From Terriglobia bacterium (GTDB taxonomy: Bacteria; Acidobacteriota; Terriglobia; 20CM-2-55-15), in contig CBDAOY010000009.1 in the NCBI GenBank assembly GCA_965198225.1, positions 992,001 to 1,056,000 of the forward strand: DNA of 64,000 bases. The letters run 5' to 3'. Under the pieces are notes generated by a model, which made no database searches, was not told the origin of the DNA, and saw only the letters and a program-made list of their open reading frames with translations. Position numbers and translations under genes: made by a program. Shown here one piece after another: positions 58,319-64,000 of this stretch. The first letter of the stretch is position 1; every line of letters begins with the position of its first letter.

Positions 58319-58960
58319 ATGAAGAAGATGCATTGCGTTTTTGCTACGATCGTTCTGGCGATGCTGGCGCAGCCGGCATTGGCGCAGGACATGAGCTTTT
58401 TCCTGACCAGCGCGGGCTCCGGCAACGGTGCCGACCTGGGTGGTCTCTCCGGAGCCGACCGGCACTGTCAGGCACTGGCCGAAGCCGTGGGATCGAGCGG
58501 CAAGACCTGGCGCGCCTATCTGAGCACCACCGCCAGCACCAGCATGCCGGCTGCCAGCGCGCGCGACCGTATCGGCTCGGGCCCCTGGTACAACGCCAAG
58601 GGGGTTCGCATCGCTTCGGGCGTGGCGGACCTACACTCCGCCAACAACAACCTTACGAAAGAAACGCAGCTCAATGAGAAGGGCGAAGTCGTCAACGGTC
58701 GTGGAGACCAGCCGAACCGTCACGACATCCTGACTGGCTCGAACGCCGACGGTACCGTGTTCATGGGTGATGGCGACACGACGTGTTCGAACTGGACGAG
58801 CAGCGGAGAGGGAAGCGCGCGTAACGGTCATCACGACCGAACCGGCGGCGGCGACGACGGGTCGTCATGGAATTCGGCGCACGGCACTCGCGGTTGCAGT
58901 CAGGAAGACCTGCGGGGAACCGGCGGAGACGGCCTGTTCTACTGTTTCGCGGTTAATTAG
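58319..58960 (+). CDS. Secreted lectin-fold (endostatin/DUF1554-like) protein
   Basis: Signal peptide, FF.TS, LGGL.GAD..CQ.LA, WRAYLS, HDILTGS, TC.NWT and FYCFA. Confidence 0.8.
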   Translation: MKKMHCVFATIVLAMLAQPALAQDMSFFLTSAGSGNGADLGGLSGADRHCQALAEAVGSSGKTWRAYLSTTASTSMPAASARDRIGSGPWYNAKGVRIASGVADLHSANNNLTKETQLNEKGEVVNGRGDQPNRHDILTGSNADGTVFMGDGDTTCSNWTSSGEGSARNGHHDRTGGGDDGSSWNSAHGTRGCSQEDLRGTGGDGLFYCFAVN

Positions 58961-59031
58961 GTGTAGGTGCGGTCTATGACCGCACATTTCTTTGGACCGA
59001 GACGATGTGCGCTCATAGAGCGCACCTACAC
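58961..59031. repeat. GTAG-type REP doublet
   Basis: GTGTAGGTGCGGTCTATGACCGCAC...GTGCGCTCATAGAGCGCACCTACAC. Confidence 0.88.
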
Positions 59032-59038
59032 CTGATCG

Positions 59039-59578
59039 CTATTCCAGACGTCTCAGCTTTCTCGTTACTTCTGTAAACTGCCGATTGAACTCGACGCCGG
59101 GAATCACGACGTTGCCCGCTGCCTGGATCAACCAGAGGGTGTCGCCTTCCAGTCGATGCTCCAGCGTGTTCGACCCTCCCGACATGTAATTCGGATGATT
59201 GGCGACCATAGGTCGGAACACTACTGTTGAACCCCGCACCTCATAGGTTCCAGAGTTTGCGACGATCGTGCTGTAGGCCTCGAGAGCCTGGGCGTCTGTT
59301 GGCGGCTGTTGCTCGAATAAAGCTCGCGGCTCGGATGGGGTCGAGACGAACATCTCGCTGTAGTGCGATCCGGCGAAAACCCACAGGCTGGGCTGGGGAT
59401 CGGTGACGGTGCCTTCGTTCGGTCCACCGACTGTCGTGATTTCTTCCAGCGTCCAGGCGCCTTGGATCGTGGGCGCCGGTTCGGGCATGGGTTCCGGCTC
59501 AGGAGCCGGTGGGGGAGCGCACGCGGACAGAATCAGCAGGGAAGCGGCAAGGCAGACGTATACCGAACTGCGTTTCAT
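59039..59578 (-). CDS. Lipocalin-like lipoprotein, paralog A
   Basis: SD CAGGAGG, lipobox LSAC, I.GAW.L, ANSG.Y and LEGDTLWL. Confidence 0.8.
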   Translation of the reverse strand: MKRSSVYVCLAASLLILSACAPPPAPEPEPMPEPAPTIQGAWTLEEITTVGGPNEGTVTDPQPSLWVFAGSHYSEMFVSTPSEPRALFEQQPPTDAQALEAYSTIVANSGTYEVRGSTVVFRPMVANHPNYMSGGSNTLEHRLEGDTLWLIQAAGNVVIPGVEFNRQFTEVTRKLRRLE

Positions 59579-59667
59579 GGGATCCTCCTGGGATGGTCGG
59601 GTATCGAACCACGCAATCCTAGCGTCGAGGTAGAGTGTTGTCAAAGCTTTGAAAGGTTGCGGCTCCG

Positions 59668-59749
59668 GACTTTTCGGCTTAGGTCAAAACCCGGGGACAG
59701 GGCTATACCCCTGTCCCCCTCACATTGGCTCTCTCACGGGTCGTTCCGC
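59668..59749. repeat. About 80-bp dispersed hairpin repeat, copy 2
   Basis: Homologous to 21973-22052. Confidence 0.75.
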
Positions 59750-59780
59750 GTAACGAAGACGCCGTCTTGCGCAGCTGGTG

Positions 59781-60320
59781 CTATTCCAGGCGTCTCAGTT
59801 TTCTCGTTACTTCCGTAAACGCCTGCTCTATCTCTACGCCCGGTATGGTTATCGTTCCGGGTACATCGGTCAGCCAGAGAGTGTCGCCCTCCAGCCGGAA
59901 ATCGTAGCTCTGCGATCCGCCTTGCATGAAGTTCGGGTGTTTGGCAACCACGGGTCGCATAGTCAGAGTCGATGCCTGCAGTTCGTAGCCCCCAGAGTTG
60001 GCGATGAAGGTATCGAATGCCCCGCGAATCTCGGCGTCAGATTGCGGTGCTTGCTCGAACAACGCCCGCGCTTCCGACTCTGGGATAACGTACATCTCGC
60101 TGTAGTGGGCACCGGCGAAAACCCACAGGCTGGGTTGGGGATCGGTGACGGTTCCTTCGTTCGGTCCACCGACTGTCGTGATTTCTTCCAGAGTCCAGGC
60201 GCCTTCGATCGTGGGCGCCGGTTCGGGCATGGGTTCAGGCTCCGGGGCCGGCGGGGGAGCACACGAGGACAGAATCAGCAGGGAAGCGACAAGGCAGACG
60301 TATACCGAACTGCATTTCAT
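59781..60320 (-). CDS. Lipocalin-like lipoprotein, paralog B
   Basis: Same length as paralog A, at a 742-bp period. Lipobox LSSC. About 115 bp of upstream DNA is identical. Confidence 0.8.
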   Translation of the reverse strand: MKCSSVYVCLVASLLILSSCAPPPAPEPEPMPEPAPTIEGAWTLEEITTVGGPNEGTVTDPQPSLWVFAGAHYSEMYVIPESEARALFEQAPQSDAEIRGAFDTFIANSGGYELQASTLTMRPVVAKHPNFMQGGSQSYDFRLEGDTLWLTDVPGTITIPGVEIEQAFTEVTRKLRRLE

Positions 60321-60450
60321 GGGATCCTCCTGGGATGGTCGGGTATCGAACCACGCAATCCTAGCGTCGAGGTAGAGTGTTGTCAAAGCTTTGAAAGGTT
60401 GCGGCTCCGGACTTTTCGGCTTAGGTCAAAACCCGAATACCTGCAATTAG

Positions 60451-60521
60451 GTGTAGGTGCGGTCTATGACCGCACATCTTTTCTTGCTTGCGGATTGTGC
60501 GCTCATAGAGCGCACCTACAC
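60451..60521. repeat. GTAG-type REP doublet
   Basis: Same arms as 58961-59031, different spacer. Confidence 0.88.
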
Positions 60522-60562
60522 CCTGCGGCCAATGTCCCGATCCCTCTGCTATACTCCCGGTC

Positions 60563-61678
60563 ATGCAGGTCTCTCCGTCGGATTCCACGAGCGATTTGTC
60601 GGTTCGGGCCGCTGCGGCTCGCGCCGCCGTTGACGTCTGGGTACGCGAGGTTGTCGCCTGGCATTTCGACACCGAAACGGGCTGCCCGTTCTGGCTCGAA
60701 TACGCGAGAAAGCTTGGCTGGGATCCTCGCGACGAGGTCAAAGGTTTCGATGATCTCAAGCGACTGGGGGCGTTCGAAGACGAGTGGCTGCGAGGGGGCC
60801 CAGTGGAGCGGTGGCTGCCACGAGGTATGGCCGGCAAGCCCGTTTACGTCTTTGAAACCGGCGGAACCACCGGCATTCCCAAGACGCGCGTCGCCTGTGA
60901 CGACTTTCGGACCGACTACGAACTGTTCAGCGAAACGTTGCCGGACGAGTATTTTCCGAGGGGTTCGAATTGGCTGATGCTCGGACCCTCCGGTCCCCGT
61001 CGCCTGCGATTGTCCGTCGAACACCTCGCGCAGTACCGGGGAGGTATCTCTTTCTGCGTCGATCTCGATCCGCGGTGGGTCATCAAGCTCATCAACAAGG
61101 GCTGGACCGAGCACCTGCAAGCCTACAAGGACCACGTGATCGATCAGGCGGTTACGATTCTCCAGGCGAACCACGATGTCCGCTGCCTGTTCACGACGCC
61201 CAAGCTGCTGGAAGCGCTCGCGTTGCGGTTGGAATCAATGGACACGACGATCCGTAAGGCGGGGATCACCGGTATATTCTCGGGCGGCACCGAGTTTACG
61301 CCCCAGTGGAACCGCTTCGCGCACGAAGAATTGCTCGACGGCGCCTACATGACGCCAACCTACGGGAACACGTTGATGGGGCTGGCTGCCAGCGCCCCGA
61401 GCGGCCCGCACAACAACTACAAGATCGCCTACTATGCGCCGCAACCCCGCGCCCTGATCGAAGTTGTGGACTTCGACGACACCGACAAGGTCGTCGAGTA
61501 CGGCGAGCCGGGGCGTGTGAAGCTCACGACACTGACGAACGAGTTTCTCGTGCCGGGGTTCCTCGAGCGCGATGAAGGTGAACGCGAGCCCCCCTGCGAA
61601 AACTACCCGTGGGACGGCGTCAGCGGTGTCCGGCCGTACCGTGGCTTCGCGAAGACGACCACCATCGGGGTGTACTGA
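60563..61678 (+). CDS. GriC/EhpF-like adenylating enzyme (PaaK/LuxE-related)
   Basis: WHF...TGCPFW, P-loop FETGGTTG.PK, GPSGP, DLDPRWV, TTPKLL, YGNT and ERD. Confidence 0.75.
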   Translation: MQVSPSDSTSDLSVRAAAARAAVDVWVREVVAWHFDTETGCPFWLEYARKLGWDPRDEVKGFDDLKRLGAFEDEWLRGGPVERWLPRGMAGKPVYVFETGGTTGIPKTRVACDDFRTDYELFSETLPDEYFPRGSNWLMLGPSGPRRLRLSVEHLAQYRGGISFCVDLDPRWVIKLINKGWTEHLQAYKDHVIDQAVTILQANHDVRCLFTTPKLLEALALRLESMDTTIRKAGITGIFSGGTEFTPQWNRFAHEELLDGAYMTPTYGNTLMGLAASAPSGPHNNYKIAYYAPQPRALIEVVDFDDTDKVVEYGEPGRVKLTTLTNEFLVPGFLERDEGEREPPCENYPWDGVSGVRPYRGFAKTTTIGVY

Positions 61679-61690
61679 GGCACGGCACAC

Positions 61691-63130
61691 ATGATCCAGA
61701 TTCCCGTCTTACGCTGGGGCCAGCCATACGAGAGTCTCGACGTCGACGAGGTCGTACATTTCTCGACCGGTGAGCCGATCGCGAAGGTCGGTCGTGCAAA
61801 CGGCGGTCTCATCCAGCGTGACATGCGTAAGGCCCCGCAGGCTCGCGATGCGCTCACGGCCATCCCGATCGAGGAGTTGGTTGCCCGGGTCGGCCGGGCC
61901 GGTGAGTTGTACATGGACGGGACTCTTCCGATGGGCGACGGCACCCAGACTCCGGAAGAGTTCGTTCGTGCTCAGTCGGCCAGCACGGGCCTGCCCGAGC
62001 ACATGTGCCGGGCGAACATGCAGAAGAACGGTTTCGTCCTCGCCCAGATGGATCGGATCCTGACGTCGTTGACGCGAGGTCTGGAACTGGATGTCCTCAC
62101 CCGGGGTTTCGGTGAGGAGCGCGGCGTGCCGATCAGCTTCCAGTCGCAGAGTCCGGTCCTCGGGCTGGTGCTGCCGTCGAACTCGCCGGGAGTGCACACG
62201 CTCTGGCTCCCGATCATCCCGCTGCAGGTCGGGCTCGTGCTCAAGCCGGGGCCGCAGGAGCCATGGACTCCCTACCGCATGGCGGAAGCCTTCTTCGAAG
62301 CCGGAATCCCCCGAGAGGCGATCTCCGTCTATCCGGGGGAGGCGGACATCGGCGCGGCGGTTCTGGACTCCTGCGGGCGGAGCCTGATCTTCGGCGGAAC
62401 TGCCACCGTGGACCGATATCGCGGCAATGCCCGTGTCCAGGCGCATGGCCCGGGGTTCTCGAAAATCCTCCTCGGCGACGACCAGGTCGACCGGTGGGAG
62501 GATTACATCGACCTGATGGTCGACAGCATCTTCATCAACAGCGGTCGCAGTTGCATCAATTGCTCCGGGATCTGGGCCTCCCGCCACACGCGCGAGATTG
62601 CCGCGGCGCTGGCCGAGCGTCTCGGGACCGTGCGGGCGCTTCCGCCCGACGACCCGGAAGCGGGGCTGGCGGCCTTCACCGTCCCCGGTGTGGCCGATGC
62701 GGTCTCCGAGGCGATCGAGGCGGATCTTCAGGCGCCGGGAGTGACTGACATGATGTCCGGCTACCGAGAGAATGGCCGGGTCGTCAAGGAGGGCCTCGCC
62801 GATTATCTGCTGCCGACCGTCGTACACTGCGAATCGCCGGACGCGGCAATCGCCGGCAAGGAATACATGTTCCCTTTCACGACCGTGGTGGAGTGTCCAG
62901 AGTCCAGGATGATCGATGCGATCGGCCCGACGCTGGTCTGTACCGGCATCACGTGTAATCCGGGTTTCCGGCAGCGGCTGATCGACGCCGTGCACATTGA
63001 CCGGTTGAACCTCGGTCCCGTCCCGACGACGAAGCTCAACTGGCTCCAGCCTCACGAAGGCAACATCGTGGACTTCCTGTTCCGTGCCCGCGCGTTCCAG
63101 AGCGAGCCGGTTGGGGGCAGTGACGACTGA
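61691..63130 (+). CDS. GriD/EhpG-like aldehyde-dehydrogenase-fold acyl reductase (LuxC-related)
   Basis: PSNSPGVH, LKPG..EPWT..R, FGG, HGPG.SK, catalytic Cys in GRSCINCS, EYMFPF and PHEG. Starts 12 nt after the adenylating enzyme. Confidence 0.78.
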   Translation: MIQIPVLRWGQPYESLDVDEVVHFSTGEPIAKVGRANGGLIQRDMRKAPQARDALTAIPIEELVARVGRAGELYMDGTLPMGDGTQTPEEFVRAQSASTGLPEHMCRANMQKNGFVLAQMDRILTSLTRGLELDVLTRGFGEERGVPISFQSQSPVLGLVLPSNSPGVHTLWLPIIPLQVGLVLKPGPQEPWTPYRMAEAFFEAGIPREAISVYPGEADIGAAVLDSCGRSLIFGGTATVDRYRGNARVQAHGPGFSKILLGDDQVDRWEDYIDLMVDSIFINSGRSCINCSGIWASRHTREIAAALAERLGTVRALPPDDPEAGLAAFTVPGVADAVSEAIEADLQAPGVTDMMSGYRENGRVVKEGLADYLLPTVVHCESPDAAIAGKEYMFPFTTVVECPESRMIDAIGPTLVCTGITCNPGFRQRLIDAVHIDRLNLGPVPTTKLNWLQPHEGNIVDFLFRARAFQSEPVGGSDD

Positions 63131-63139
63131 CAAACAGAT

Positions 63140-63207
63140 TGTAGGTGCGGTCTATGACCGCACATTCTTCGGACCGAACACCGTGCGCTCATAGAGCGCA
63201 CCTACAC
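63140..63207. repeat. GTAG-type REP doublet
   Basis: Same arms. Lies between the reductase stop and the GT4 ATG. Confidence 0.85.
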
Positions 63208-63212
63208 CCACC

Positions 63213-64000
63213 ATGCGAATCTTATCCATCACGGCCGGCGCAGCAGGGATGTACTGCGGCAGCTGTGCGCGCGACAACTCGTTGGCCGCCGAGCTGTTGT
63301 CGCGTGGGCACGACGTCACGCTCGTTCCCGTCTATACGCCGACCCGTACCGACGAGCCGAACATCTGCCGGCCAGAAGTGCTGTTCGGTGGCATCAGCGT
63401 CTACCTCCAGCAGCACCTCGCGCTCTTCCGGAAGACCCCGCGGTTCCTCGATCGCCTGTGGGATTCACCGGGCGTCATCGACGCATTTGCCGGGCGTGCC
63501 ATATCGAATGATCCGAAGCTGCTGGGCGATCTGACGATATCGATGCTACGGGGGAAGGAAGGTGTTCTCAGGAAGGAGTTCGACAAACTGTTGGACTGGC
63601 TGGGCGGCGAGCCGGTACCCGACGTGATCAATTTGCCCAACTCTCTGCTGATCGCCCTGGCCGAGCCGCTTCGCGACGCTCTCGACCGGCCGGTCTGCTG
63701 CACCCTGCAGGGGGAGGAACTCTTCATAGACGGGCTTGTGTCCCCGTATCGTGAGCAGGCGCTCGAGCTCATTGCCGAGCAGGTCCCGCAGGTCGACCGT
63801 TTCATTGCGGTCAGCGAATACTGTGCCCGCTTCATGACGGGGTATCTTCGGATCCCCGAAGAAAAGATGGAGGTCGTGCACCTTGGTATCAACATGACCG
63901 GCTACGCGCCACCGCCGACGGGAAAAGGAGACGAGGAGTTCTGCGTCGGGTATTTCGCGCGCGTGGCACCCGAGAAGGGACTGCACGTTCTTGCGGATGC
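63213..64000 (+). CDS. Glycosyltransferase family 4 (GT-B), partial at the window edge; absent from the ORF track
   Basis: Manual translation: MRILSITAGAAGMYCGSCARDNSLAAELLSRGHDV...FIAVS...VVHLGIN...VGYFARVAPEKGLHVL, open to 64000. Confidence 0.88.
   Translation, partial: MRILSITAGAAGMYCGSCARDNSLAAELLSRGHDVTLVPVYTPTRTDEPNICRPEVLFGGISVYLQQHLALFRKTPRFLDRLWDSPGVIDAFAGRAISNDPKLLGDLTISMLRGKEGVLRKEFDKLLDWLGGEPVPDVINLPNSLLIALAEPLRDALDRPVCCTLQGEELFIDGLVSPYREQALELIAEQVPQVDRFIAVSEYCARFMTGYLRIPEEKMEVVHLGINMTGYAPPPTGKGDEEFCVGYFARVAPEKGLHVLAD

Noticed and set aside
59039-60435. Possible DGR template/variable pair or integron cassettes
   Set aside because: Differences are not adenine-specific, both copies are full genes, and there is no reverse transcriptase, integrase or attC-like site.
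60563-63130. Bioluminescence luxCE genes
   Set aside because: No luxAB or luxD in view, and the motifs fit the GriC/GriD-like group better.
61709-63133. 474-aa minus-strand ORF (likewise 59778..60977, 48553..49722 and 28364..29431)
   Set aside because: Shadow frames of recognised genes.

Overview
GC-rich bacterial chromosomal DNA, probably Acidobacteriota (inferred from an ADOP-type duplicated permease, an Oar-type TonB-dependent receptor, tandem DUF5916 genes and a stand-alone Clp D2 ATPase). No rRNA, tRNA, CRISPR array, prophage or transposase gene was seen. Bases 1-15,066 hold a minus-strand MSHA/type IVa pilus-like locus: a GAF-GGDEF cyclase, an MshEN-bearing PilB/MshE ATPase, PilC, a PilM-PilN fusion, PilO, a PilP/MshK-like gene, a secretin, ExeA/MshM, a TPR protein, a prepilin peptidase and a PilS/PilR-like sigma-54 two-component pair. 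No pilin or pilT lies in the window. The rest encodes secreted hydrolases and peptidases, ABC systems, signalling proteins and glnS. It also encodes a split PEP-dikinase-type (Rph/PpsAB-like) kinase with an MFS pump, a tandem lipocalin-like pair, and a GriC/GriD (EhpF/EhpG)-like pair followed by a CxxC-bearing GT4 that runs off the right edge. The most striking non-coding signal is three 271-272 bp elements of two sequence types. Their terminal repeats and stems differ, but they share a predicted four-way-junction fold and conserved loop motifs. GTAG-type REP doublets (one triple-nested) and other palindromic repeats are common. At least eight genes carry frameshifts or deletions; some look like long-read consensus errors. 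All family assignments come from motif recognition by eye, not database searches.
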